From: Octopus sinensis
Lineage: Eukaryota
Direction of reading: 5' to 3'
DNA: 64,000 bases
NCBI RefSeq assembly: GCF_006345805.1
Contig: NC_043012.1
Coordinates: 12,586,001-12,650,000, forward strand
This document shows, piece by piece, positions 51,420-63,447 of the stretch; the first letter of the stretch is position 1, and every line of letters starts with the position of its first letter. Made by a program: the position numbers and the translations under genes. The notes under the pieces are model-generated. The model did not search any database. It saw only the letters and a program-made list of their open reading frames with translations, and was not told the DNA's origin.

Positions 51420-51690
51420 ATATATATAGGTATGTTCAGTCAATACAGATGTTAGCGTTTTATACATTGTTGTTCAGCGGGTTATGGATCGATAATTTTT
51501 TTGGTTCATTTGTTTCTTCATTTTGGGGAGTAGGAATGTTAAGCTATTAACTACATTTTTCTTATTATGGACTCAAAATTAATTTCCCTTTGGAAGAACA
51601 AATAGTATTGCAATGGAAGAATAAATTGAATTTATAATATCAAATTTCCGTATTTTGCTTTTTTTTTCTTCTAATATATATGGAACAATT

Positions 51691-51719
51691 TCATTTCCGC
51701 GGAACGCCAAGAGCCTCTG
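51691..51719 (-). CDS. Candidate terminal coding exon (..EALGVPRK*)
   Basis: Acceptor (ttc/cttt)n-cttgcaactAG. In frame with the 51908-51952 exon through a 188-nt intron. No canonical AATAAA was seen before the Dong remnant. Confidence 0.33.
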
Positions 51720-51907
51720 CTAGTTGCAAGAAAGAAAGAAAGAAAGAAAGAAAGAAGAAGAAGAAGAATTACAAGGTGTAAATTGATGGGTGGGGAGCGG
51801 ACTGAGATAAGTAGCAAGTTTCTGGTTTTGCAAGAAGAAAACATAGGAAATAAATGATTAGTGGAAAATATACAGGACATATTAAGTATACTTAAACAAA
51901 TAATTAC

Positions 51908-51952
51908 TGAGCTTCTCTATCTCGTCTTCGTCGAATGGTAAAAGCAAAACAT
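51908..51952 (-). CDS. Candidate 45-nt phase 1-1 micro-exon (DVLLLPFDEDEIEKL)
   Basis: Acceptor tttggcttgttactgtcctttacaacAG, donor CA|GTAATT, length divisible by 3. Confidence 0.45.
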
Positions 51953-52512
51953 CTGTTGTAAAGGACAGTAACAAGCCAAATATAATAACGTTTTCAAAAG
52001 ATGAAAGATGAATAACAACAGGAATTATTGTGCTGGATGATGTGGCGTTTGTTCGTATTTGAGTGCACGAGTACGAATGAGAGAGCGAGCGAGAGGGAGA
52101 GAGACAGTGAGAGAAAATGAAAGCGACGCACACTAAGTGAAATTGGTGAGTGGGAATAGCGATGGGAAAATGAGAAACAGGCGTTAAGAAAGAGACCATG
52201 AACTAATATTTGTAAAGGAACTTATTGCAGATGTACTGTTCATCATTAAGTAGGCTGCAATCGAGCAAATCTAAAATCAAAAGCAATTTAATCATGATCG
52301 TTTTGGTATTTTTTTGTGTATGTAGAAGAAAACTAGGAACATATTATCCAATGTTTCCTTTGGCCTGTGGAAACTATTTCTTGCAATCTGAGCGATATTG
52401 TAGGTTGCTGTATGCAGCATGCTGATTCGAGCACGATGTATTTTAAGGTTCCTTCATTGATTGCTAATGCTAAGCTGACAGAATTTAGAAAGAAATTTGT
52501 TTATTATATATA

Positions 52513-52743
52513 TATTTCTTTATTGCCCACAAGGGGCTAAACACAGAGGGGACAAACAAGGACAGACAAACGGATTAAGTCGATTATATCGACCCCAGTG
52601 CGTAAATGGTACTTAATTCATCGACCACGAAAGGATGAAAGGCAAAGCCGACCTCGGCGGAATTTGAACTCAGAACGTAACGGCAGACGAAATACGGCTA
52701 TGCATTTCGCCCAGCGTGCTAACGTTTCTGCCAGCTCGCCGCC
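52513..52743 (-). mobile_element. SINE family B, full length
   Basis: 17-bp TSD TTTGTTTATTATATATA (52496-52512, 52744-52760). Confidence 0.93.
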
Positions 52744-54217
52744 TTTGTTTATTATATATAAAACAAACAGAAGAGATGACCAGCCTTTTGTCACGAATTA
52801 TTTTAAAAGCATGTTTTGTCACAGATCAAGCGTGACAGATTAATTACAGAACTAAAGATATTCCAGCAGTGAGTATTCAAGCATTTTGAAAATCCTATAT
52901 CTGCCTTTTTGCTTTGAGTCAAAAGGAGTGAAGAAGTGAAGGAACTATAGCTGATATTTACGAGAGATCATGAAACTACATAGGGGTACCTTCTTTAATT
53001 GGTTTCTATGTTTTCGACAATCGAACTTTTCTGTTACAAGAAAAAATGGTTGTATCGATTCTGCACTGTCACTACGGAGGAACATAGTGTCCTCAATAAT
53101 AGTTCAGTATGAATTCATGACTAAGTTTTCGTAGGAATGCATGGCCGCCCATAGATTTTTCTTTCAGCTATGCTTCCGCTTACTCAGGACAAAAATCACA
53201 CCTAACACCTGGATCTCATACTGCGCACATGGCAAACTATTTAATTCAGATAGCGTACCTAATCTAAGGCTACGAATTCATTGAAAATAAAACGTTAATA
53301 CATAGTCTCATTTTCTATGTCTGAAGAGGAGATAACCATACCGAAAAGGTTGGGAGCATATAATGAAGCCGAACACACATGTAGCACGGACTGACGTCTA
53401 AATGATAAATGCGGATATGGATGTGCAAAATGAGAACTACTAAAAATAATCGGTGTGTGAACAGACCTACGCTAGACTCCATAGTTATATGTTGGTTCAT
53501 AAAGATTAAATTTAGTGGAGAACCATCTTCGATCGCGAAGCATTGGAGATGGTGATTATACCACTCATGAAATAATATCAAAAGATGTTACCGATGATAT
53601 GTTATTACTTTCTGAAGTGTTTCTATTCTAAAATAACAGAACGTATTTTCGTCTTGACTGCACTGTGGTCAGCTGGATGCAATAACCATCTAATGATGCC
53701 GTCTTTGAAAAGCAAGGCAATTAGAGAACAAATGACAATGTGAGAGAAATCTATTTAATACAAATATTGATCTGTAAGAGTAGTGATTCATCCGTGGTGG
53801 TGTGCATCTTTTCTATCAAACAATATTGGATCATTAATTTCAAAAATTTATGATTATGAATCATATTAAATTACTATTCTGGTTTTAAAGATTAGAAGGT
53901 TTTCTTTTTCTGCCTTTTAAATTGGAGTCTTAACAACTTCACCAGAACTATTTATATAATCTGAATGTCAGGAAAATTTCGTGCGTGGGCAAGAAAAAGG
54001 TCACACATTTTCTACATGATGGGAAGGTGGATCATCCTTTAATTACCCAGGTCACATCGTCTTGTCTTATAAACAAGAAAGTAGATATTATAAATTTTAA
54101 TTAAGGAAGGTCTCCAGAGGCTCGGCGTCCCCTTGGAAGATGCAGAGTAGCTGACACATGACTTGGTGGAGCACTAATAAACTTGGTTGGCTCTACGATT
54201 GTTGACGTGTCGGAAAC

Positions 54218-54251
<34 letters not shown>

Positions 54252-54455
54252 AAAAATAAATTTTCCTCTCGTTCTGGTCTAACGACACTCCATATTTGTT
54301 GTCGTTCGGCTTCCTTGTATGTCTCCACTGTCCTGTTTTTGATTCCAGATTTGATCCTCCATAAATCCAAAATCTTATTTTGGTGTTTATGGGAGCAGCT
54401 GTTTTCGTAGACTCATATTGTCGTTGAATACTCGAAACGAGGAGTAGATTACACA

Positions 54456-54522
<67 letters not shown>

Positions 54523-54637
54523 CACATATATATATATATATATATATGTATATGTATATGTATATATGTATATGTATATATGTATATATGTATATATGTA
54601 TATATGTATATATATGTATATGTATGTATATATAGTT

Positions 54638-54825
54638 AATCCAAACAAGAAAACACAAAAAACACAGCAACGCGGGGACGTGGAACAAATAAAGTATTAT
54701 TGGACGCTCAGGAAAGAAGGGAAGAAGGAGGGTTTGACGTTTCGAGTGGAGCTCTTCGTCGGAAACAAAGGAGGAGGTAAGATCCCGAGAAGGGAAGACA
54801 GAGGAAAAAAAAATTGTTGGCGGTG
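54638..54825 (-). mobile_element. Penelope-type terminal-repeat unit, second subfamily, in TA/TATG tracts
   Basis: Shares tattagt/ttgga-cgctcagga and cgtttcgag blocks with the 47879 family and carries a hammerhead-like motif. Confidence 0.65.
54732..54766 (-). ncRNA. Core-variant minimal hammerhead motif (U4C, extra A, GUC site)
   Basis: Minus strand: GTTT-CCGACGA-A-GAG(ctcca)CTC-GAAA-CG-TC-AAAC. Confidence 0.65.
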
Positions 54826-55012
54826 TATGTATATATATATTATGTATGTATGTATGTATGTATGTATGTATGTATGTATGTATGTATGTATGAATGTATG
54901 TATGTATGTATGTAATATTGAATTTGGGGCTAATCAATCTCTGTTTGTGTCTTTAGTGCACTCACCAGTTCGAATTCTATTCAGTTATTTACTTGTCCTA
55001 AGATTTTTGTTA

Positions 55013-55098
55013 CGTCTTGCAAATTTTTCAATTGTCGCTGACTCTGTCCGTTATCAGAGCTGCTCGGTGTCAATGGGTATTGAAAAGGTTGCAAGACG
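55013..55098. mobile_element. 86-bp TA-flanked inverted-repeat element (Tc1/mariner-type mini-MITE or hairpin)
   Basis: TA|CGTCTTGCAAatTTTTCAAT ... ATTGAAAAggTTGCAAGACG|TA: 20-bp TIR with 2 mismatches. Confidence 0.55.
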
Positions 55099-55272
55099 TA
55101 TCTAAAAGCTTACAAAAACAATAAATAAGTAAATGAGTGGAAATCGAACCGGTGTATGTGTTAAATAATAAGGCACTAAAAGGGAATGATTGTTCCCAAA
55201 CACAACAAAATATGATTCAACACACGAATTCACATAGAGAATGTTGCAAATCAAATACAAAAACTATATATG

Positions 55273-55392
55273 ACCGTGACCTTGACCGTGACCGACAAGG
55301 TTATCAGATATTGCTACACATCGCTGGTCACAATGCGCTTTGCATTGTTTTAGCCTTCAAGTGACGCCACCCCGCTGGCTAAGCGAGCAGGC

Positions 55393-55395
<3 letters not shown>
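55273..55395 (-). mobile_element. SINE family D, 3' fragment
   Basis: Reverse complement of 38095-38215. Confidence 0.8.
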
Positions 55396-55437
<42 letters not shown>

Positions 55438-55618
55438 TATAGACACATATATACAAACACACACACAAACACTCACACATGCACACATACATACACACAC
55501 ACATATATATACATATATCAAATGAAAGACAGAAGACGGAATGTACGAGAATATATTGTTGATCACAACAATTGTTTCGACACATCTAGCATCGATTCTT
55601 CTTAGGTGGAACACTTAC

Positions 55619-55654
55619 CAACTGGTTCAGGAGTATCCGGTGGTGCAGATGTAT
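55619..55654 (-). CDS. Candidate 36-nt phase 1-1 micro-exon (DTSAPPDTPEPV)
   Basis: Acceptor cttgtatttatttatcacccaactAG and consensus donor TTG|GTAAGT. GC-richer than its flanks, with length divisible by 3. Confidence 0.55.
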
Positions 55655-56353
55655 CTAGTTGGGTGATAAATAAATACAAGTCGGAAAAAATGACTGTACC
55701 GCAAAGTAACTTCCCGTTATGTAGAGAGAAAAACACACACTCGCGCACACACGCAGAGACACGCCCACTCACATAAACACACACACACAAGCTACGTATT
55801 GATCATGGTGGAGCAGATATTTTCTTGGCAACGGGAATTGCCGCTAAACACTGCACTAGTAGCAGGGATGCGGATTTGCTCAGCTGGAAGCAGTGATATT
55901 TGAAGCAGGTCTCGTAAACGATCTTATCTCACGTAGGCAATAGATAAAAGCAATCATGCTCCGCAAAGGTCAGAGTTATCTTCCTCCTTCCCAAACTGAT
56001 AAAATAGGTGTCAGTGGAAGATACACCCGAACATATGCTTACAGAAATATATATATAGATTTATATAAAGATGCATTCACATATACGGTAACGAACAAAC
56101 AGGCATACGCACACAGACACACACTCACACATTCACTCTTATATTCATATACTCTCAAGACCAACTGAAAAGGTTTACGGCATAAAATTGAGAACTGTAA
56201 GAAAAGAAAAGCGCACATACACTAACGCACGAGCGTATATATATAGACCTATATGTATACACACACACAGACTCACACACATACATATGTATATCTATCA
56301 ATCAATCAATCTATCAATCTAGCTAGCTACATATACATATATATATGGAATAT

Positions 56354-56445
<92 letters not shown>

Positions 56446-56467
56446 TGTGTGTATATATATATATGGA

Positions 56468-56510
<43 letters not shown>

Positions 56511-57022
56511 TCAACATGTGTCATTTTCAACAGGCTACACATACACACATGCTTATGCTTATCTACATACTGGCAAGGATATATAAGTGGGCGTTTGTGT
56601 GCATACATATATAGAGTGCGTATCGTGTGTGTATGTCTGTGTGTGTGTATAAATATGCATTCATATATATATATATACGTGCACATAACTAGACACACAT
56701 ATAAGGATTATGTTTAACTGTGGCAGGACCATTAACCGCTTGCAAAATCTTAATATACTTATAAGGCACAATGTTTGAAAGCGCAGATGGCAGAATAATG
56801 TAAATTCATTGACATTTACACCTCGGCTTTCCTCATTAAATCTTATGTTTAGTACAGAACATGCTATAAATAAATTACGGAAGAACAGATGAAACGTAAT
56901 TGATTGGGTTACAGCTGTTTCCGATATCAAGAATTGTGCAGTTAGATGTACGTTACTGTTTGACATCTCAGAACTCCAACAGAGTCCTACATCAGAGGAA
57001 TTGTTTTTCTGGAACCGTTTTA

Positions 57023-57078
<56 letters not shown>

Positions 57079-57082
<4 letters not shown>

Positions 57083-57736
57083 CAATTAGGTTTAGCTAAG
57101 CATTAGCTAGTGCTAGAAACAAAGTAGAAAAGGAATTAGTTAAGGCAATAGATGAGGCAATGAGGTCAGGCAGTGCATCGAAAGTGTTAGTGGCGAGTTT
57201 GGCACTCGACCAACATCTCAAAGCTAAACACGAAGGGTGCATTGTCAGGGCTAAGATCCGTACAACGAGACAGGAAGGGATCAACGCAGCCGGATGGGCC
57301 CAGGTGGTAGAGGGCGATCTTTGACGAACCCACATGGTCGATCAGTAAACGAACCTGTGGAGATGTGCAAGGTGTTTCACAATCATTTCGCCCAGCTATT
57401 TGGGTGGAGCGGCGGAGTCGAGCGCGAGGAGAAGCTCGCAGACTTCCTGGCCGGTTCGCCGCGTCTATCGAGGCCGAGTGCGGAATCTTTTGAGGCGCCG
57501 ATCACAGCCAAGAAAGTCGAGGATGTGTTGGCGGACTGCGGCGGGGACAAATTGCCAGGACTCGATGGTCTGCCTTACGAACTCTATAGTAGCATGCCAG
57601 ACTTGTTTGGTAACCTTCTTGCATGCGTGTACACCAACTGGCAGCAGAACGGGAGAATTCCCAAGTCCGTGAGCCGAGGGTTGGTAGCGCTCTTAAGAAA
57701 GGACCCAAACAAGGGGGATTTATTTCATAATTTTCG
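57079..57736 (+). mobile_element. Tx1/L1-clade ORF2 fragment (linker and start of RT)
   Basis: EGCIVRAKIR, PITAKKVEDVL...DKLPGLDGLPYELY, IPKSVSRGLVALLRKDPNKG..FHNFR. It starts immediately after (CT)n. Confidence 0.85.
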
Positions 57737-57880
57737 ACGAGGATCCCAGTTGATCCAATCAACGGAACATCCCACTCGGGAGATTAACATGCAAGTGACT
57801 GAGAACTCCACAGATAACGTAGTTCTCGAGGAGATTCAGCGTGACACAGAGTGTGACATGGCTGGGCTTTTGAAACACAG
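57737..57880 (-). mobile_element. SINE 3' fragment (family of 6188-6480)
   Basis: Reverse complement aligns to 6320-6470. Confidence 0.7.
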
Positions 57881-60104
57881 GTACAACAGAAACGGAAATT
57901 CTTTATCTTTTCCATTGAGATTGAACAGAAATGTTTTCTATATTCCATTTAGTTGTTCACAATTTGGAACGGAAATATTTAATATTATGCATTTAGATGT
58001 TCACTATATGGTACTTTTCTAATATATTTATTTTTGATTTGTTGCTTTGGACGATATAATTATCAATGTTTTACGGGTATGTGATGCAATTTTGCGTCTA
58101 CAGATCATATTTGCATTAACCTTCATTTCCATCCCATTCTTGTATATTTTTGATTTTTCTCTGTTCGGTTATTTCACACGTCTCACAACGAAGATCGCAA
58201 CGGTATGTTATCACACTATTTCTTTTTTGTAATGTGAATTTCTCTGTCAATTGCCTCTTAAGATATAGTGAATCTCTTTGGCAGCTGATTATTTGTTATT
58301 CTTTAATTGTTTTACCTGATATTTGATGATTAGTCTAGGACTGGAAGGTATCGTTTGACCGAATGTAGGGTTACACGCTGTGTAGGGTTACGTGTGACCG
58401 CAAAGTGATTATTCATGTTTTAGTTTTGTCTTCGCTCTCATTGTTGGGATTTCCCCGTTAGTTAGATCTTAGGATCTTTTTTTGCTTTTGTTATTACAAG
58501 ATGTACCAATATTTTCGAGTATTTTTGTTTGTGAAAAAATATCTTTAGTTCTGCCACTCCCATATATTTGTGTGTTTGTCAATTGAATATATAGGAATAT
58601 AATTCCTATATGGAATATATAGGATTATATAATCAATATGGGATAAGTGGGGTTCTTTTCAATATCCTGAAATCTAAGTATTGCCGTACGTTCATGTGAA
58701 ATCGATTGTAACAGTGTGATTGTCCTTAATTACTAGAATGTCCAAAAATGAAATTCCATTTCATCATTTCCATGGTGAACTTGACCGATTCTTGAATGCT
58801 ATTTATCAACAGAATTAATGTTGTAAGGTCTGCATTGTTTCTGTTCTAAAATATGAAACAGAAACCGAGGAATATTTTCCATTTTTTTTTCTTTTGAAAT
58901 GGAAATGCTAATGAAATGTAATTCCTGACCTGGAATACATTTTCTCATTTCTAGTGTTGCAAGTGTGGGTACAAACATCCTGCTGCTTCCACCTTTTTTC
59001 TATATGAATCTAATATTGACCAGCAATGAAGAAGCACCCGTTTTCGTTGTTCGCCAAACTGAATTGGTAAATGAAAATACAAATTTTAAAAAAAGGGGAC
59101 ATTTCTTCCTATTATTTACATACCGATTCCAATCCTGCCGGGGTCAACTCTTCTATTTAAACCTTCCAGGGCCAGACTGCGATCCTTGTGCCCAAATTAT
59201 AGACCAAAATCCTAGAAAAAAATGTTTGGCGGCTGTTTAATGCGGGTATCTGACACAGTAATTGGTATGCTGAAGTTAAAGTTTGCCTCTCGTTTCTCCA
59301 CGGCCGATACAGTTAAGTATCAGTCAAGTACAGTAGTCGATAGTATCGAATAACTATCTCACTTAAATAATTACTGGCCTCGTATCTAAATCAGAAACCG
59401 TAATTTAATCAGAGAACATCAAAGATTGATGTAACCTATAATAAAATTCTTCCTAATCTTGAGAATCCAGATTTTATTTAAACAGATCAATGTATTCAGA
59501 GGATGTCAGTCTTCACCATCGATAGAAGTCGTTGACAGCCAATTTATTTTACCAAACCTGGAGGAAAGAAAGGCAAAAATTAACCTCGGCAGAGTTTGAA
59601 TTTAGGCTTTAAAGAGGCAGAATAAACAACAAAGCATGTTCCGCATCAGACCATATATAATATTTTTCTCTATTCAAATTTAGAAAAAGTGTGGAGTCAT
59701 GAAGATTTGTCTCCCTTTTCTACTTGTCGCAAGTGTCGTGTAAAGGTTGGGATTTTGGCTCATTTACAATATATACTTTATATTTTAAACCAAAATTATC
59801 TCACGAAAGTTTTCATGGTCTGCATAAGTAAAAATGAATCATCTAAAACGTTCACGTTCCTGTTATAATTTCTTCAGTATAAGTTCATTGTTGGCTTTAA
59901 CATTATGAGAAATATTTCTTGTTATTGTTCTTCATTTCTTTTTGTTCTTCTCCTTTCATTTTTGCTATTATCTTTCTCTTCTCCCCCCTCCATAACCATT
60001 TCTTTCAGCTCTTCTTCATCACGTAACCACGTTCGTTCCCTTCCCCCCTTCTCCCCTCCTGCATCATCTCATCGCAGACCTCGTCCTTTTTCTTTTCATA
60101 TTGC

Positions 60105-60109
60105 ATTCT

Positions 60110-60141
<32 letters not shown>

Positions 60142-60232
60142 TTCTTCTTCTTCTTCTTCTTCTTCTTCTTCTTCTTCTTCTTCTTCTTCTTCTTCTTCTT
60201 CTTCTTCTTCTTCTTCTTCTTCTTCTTCTTTC
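60105..60232. repeat. (TTC)n microsatellite
   Basis: Direct repeat; source of the poly-F/E/K/R ORFs. Confidence 0.97.
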
Positions 60233-62509
60233 CCTCGTTTGTGTGTACGGTACGTGTGTATATGTATGAGTTTGTAAGAGACAGAGAGGGAGTGATTGAG
60301 AGAGAGAAAGAGAGTATGTGCCAGATATTGCGTGATTCTGAGCGCATACATATTCGCTGAGGTGCATGTATGCTGTGTGTGAGGGCGTATGTGGGTACTC
60401 GTCTCTGTGCACGGTATTCGGATTACGACCCTATGAATAAATATTCTGTATAATAAGCATCCTTAAGCCAAGTGGATTTATCAGCAGGCTGGAAGAGAAA
60501 CATCCTATAATAGCTGAGTGCATTGAACGTTAAGAGATTTCGTCATACATCAGATGGTTTTTCTTTCAATTTTATCTCAGATGACAGGTTTTGTGCAAAA
60601 GATAGCCTGGTGAAATTAATTGTCATTCCAACTTTTTTGTTGTTTAGAATTTGATGGCAAAGGAGGTGAATTATTTTTTGCTCTGGAAGTGTGTTGATCC
60701 CTTGTTGAGTTTCTTTATCTCTTGACATTTAATTAAAGTTTAAAAAACATGGTGCTCTTTTCTGATTCACGAAGGAAATAAGCTGTAACATGCAGGTGAT
60801 TTTTGAAAATGTGCTTCGAATATAAAATATATGTGTGTGTATGTGTGTGTGTTTGTGTGTATTGAAGGAGATTTTGTTAAGGTCAATATTATAGATTATG
60901 CTTTTCTTAATGTATTTTATTTTCAGCCCACAGATCTCTATATTCCGACAATTGCAAATCATAGATCTTATCTCTTGGTGTGTTTGAAATTATTTTGAAT
61001 TGTGATCCCAGATATTGCTGAACATATGCTGCATCTCATTTTCGGTGGGATTTGCAGTGGGTTTGCAAACTGTCACTTAATAAAAGGAGATATATTTTAA
61101 TACCACACTCAGTTCTATTTTAATAGAGTATCGTGGGATCAATTAACTGGAAGTACAGGAATTTGCGTTGAATCAATTGAATATACGTAAAATCATATTT
61201 AAAATAGCTCTCGAACCGATACTGGTGAAAGACGAAACATACTCAAATAAATATACACGCTCGCGCACACACACTCACCCATACGATCGCACACACATAC
61301 GCACGCATACACAGATGCACACATACTCACATATACACATACGCAACACAGATACGAACAGGCTTTAACACAGACTTCGAGGGAATTGGTTGACTTGAGA
61401 TTTCAAAGAATATAAACCTATTATATTTTCATAATTAGTTATCAGTGATTGTGTAAATAAAGAATTGTTAAAATATTATTTGTATTGCAGAAACATAATT
61501 AATGTAAGGCTCATAAACTATCACATCTAATATGGATCACACTGGGTCACATGGGCCCCGGATGAGAAGCAATGGCGTAGGGTCTTGCATATGGTGTCAT
61601 ATAATGGGATCGAAGCTGAATCCAACTTCTTAGAAAGCGAAGCTTTTAACCACACAACTATGTCTAACATAAATAATATACACGAAGTGCGCACAGTGTT
61701 CCATATACAATGTATATATTCTGTATTCATTATTCATACATATCCACACACTTCGTAGATATATGCATTCTCAATCTTCTAGATTTCACCCCAAATCATT
61801 CTAACTGTACTTTAGCTATCTTCCAAAGTGAAGTAATGTTCTATAAGCGTTTCATTTTGCAGTTTATGTTCATGTTGTTTCTTTTTCTTTATATTATCCA
61901 AATGTTTTCAAGTATTAATGCTACCAAACACTTTATTGATAAAAGCATATTAAAAAAGATAGTGTACTTCAAACGGATAGAAAACAATAAAGATAAATGT
62001 TCGAGAAACGAAATTGTTACAAGATAATATTTATCTGCTGAAGGAGACATTACTACTAAGAAGATGGCAGCAATTAAAGGTTTTCAGCAGCAACTACGCT
62101 TTACTCTATAACATGTATAGCTAGAAGAAACAGACGTATATAAACAAAAACGCGTATACTTACACGTACACATGAAAAATAGAAACACCAGGCCTACAAG
62201 ATAAAATGCAAATACAGTTATATATCACAACATACGTACATTATCTAAAGGAAGAACCCACGTGTTAATAATCATTCCAAAAGCTTAACCTCTTGAATGT
62301 CACTTATTACCTTTACGTTATTATCATTCGACAGTTTGGAAGAGAGGTGAAGGGAAAAAATGAAACGGTATTGATGGTGAAAATAATCGGTTTGATTCTT
62401 ACTCCTAGCATCATTTTACAACGAAAATATATATTTTAAAAAAAATCATAATTATTTGCTGTCTTTAGGTTTTATTCATTCGCATAGAAAAAAAAATCAT
62501 GGAAACAAT

Positions 62510-62713
62510 AACCTCAAATATTGGGACAAGCCCGACGGAGGGGCTAAGTCGATTACATGGACCCGGTGCTCAACTGGTACTCATTTTATCAACCCCGAAT
62601 TGATAAAAGGCCAAGCCGACCTCGGTGGAATTTGAACTCAAAACATAAGGAGAGACGAAATACTGCTTAGCATTTTGTCCAGAGAGCACACGTTTCGGCT
62701 AGCTCACCGCCTT
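62510..62713 (-). mobile_element. SINE family B, older subfamily
   Basis: gacctcggtggaatttgaactc...gctcaccgcc. Confidence 0.8.
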
Positions 62714-63071
62714 AAAGAATCGAGAAATAATACAATTAATTAAATGCAGTTTATTACACTTTGTAAAAAAAATGCACTGTTGAAAATACAGGAAACACTT
62801 CTCCTGTCGACATTTGAGACTAAAGGAATTTTTTTTACCGAAATTGATCACTACTTGTTGGAAAAGGAAAATGTTGGGGAGTCAACTTCGACCGCAAATC
62901 AAGAAGTGTGTCCCCTCAGGGGATCCGGTGCCTTTTAGCTTCCTTCCACACCACAAGTTTTAGTGTAGTTATCTAGCCTTGTAAGACGATTCACAGACGA
63001 AAAGGCCACATCAATATAAAACCTACTGCTTGCTGGTCACTACACCAGACTTAGCTACATATATATATATC

Positions 63072-63107
<36 letters not shown>

Positions 63108-63413
63108 TATACATATACATTCACGTATTCTTTCTCTCCCCCTCTCTCCCACACACATATGCATAAACATAAATATTTTGTTTAGGCTTGGGTCATAAGA
63201 CTAAAAATGAGATCAGACGTGAGAAAGCTGACTTTCAAATGATAAAATTATGGCACCTGCGACATTTGATACCAGTCAGAAAGCAGTAAAAACGTACACA
63301 TAAAGTGATAATTTTTTTGGCAATTTCGATAACGGGTATTCCAATTGCTGAATCAACGAAGCTACCAACTGTTTTCATGCATATATTTGTCTATCTTTCG
63401 AGATATATATATA

Positions 63414-63447
<34 letters not shown>

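Larger units (their letters stand above)
50180..51560 (-). mobile_element. R4/Dong-like RT fragment split by microsatellites and a PLE-type unit
   Basis: LTFLLPK..EETNEPKNYRSI (51440-51550), [17 protein letters not shown], and HLIYMDDLKL...FGLDKCAK. Confidence 0.88.

Noticed and set aside
53336-53380. CTGAAGA-GG...CC-GAAA motif
   Set aside because: Only a 2-bp stem II, no proper stem III or cleavage triplet, and stem I is displaced by 4 nt.
52990-53600. Plus-strand coding-like stretch (MSEEEITIPKRLGAYNEAEHTCSTD...)
   Set aside because: Multiple stops in every frame and no recognisable motif; cannot be assigned.
54405-54450. tcgttgaa-tactc-gaaacg, resembling the variant hammerhead family
   Set aside because: The 5' strand of stem II is missing and the cleavage site is altered; at best a broken remnant.
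54981-54983. UGA-to-UGG recoding by A-to-I editing to open the 136-nt block (YVLQ...VNN*IEFEL)
   Set aside because: That frame is phase 2-0 and incompatible with the neighbouring candidate exons, the block is better explained as a TIR element, and no evidence of editing is available from DNA alone.
57294-58022. 242-aa ORF, the longest non-repetitive one
   Set aside because: It is a chimera: Tx1 ORF2 up to ~57736, then an antisense SINE fragment, then AT-rich flank.
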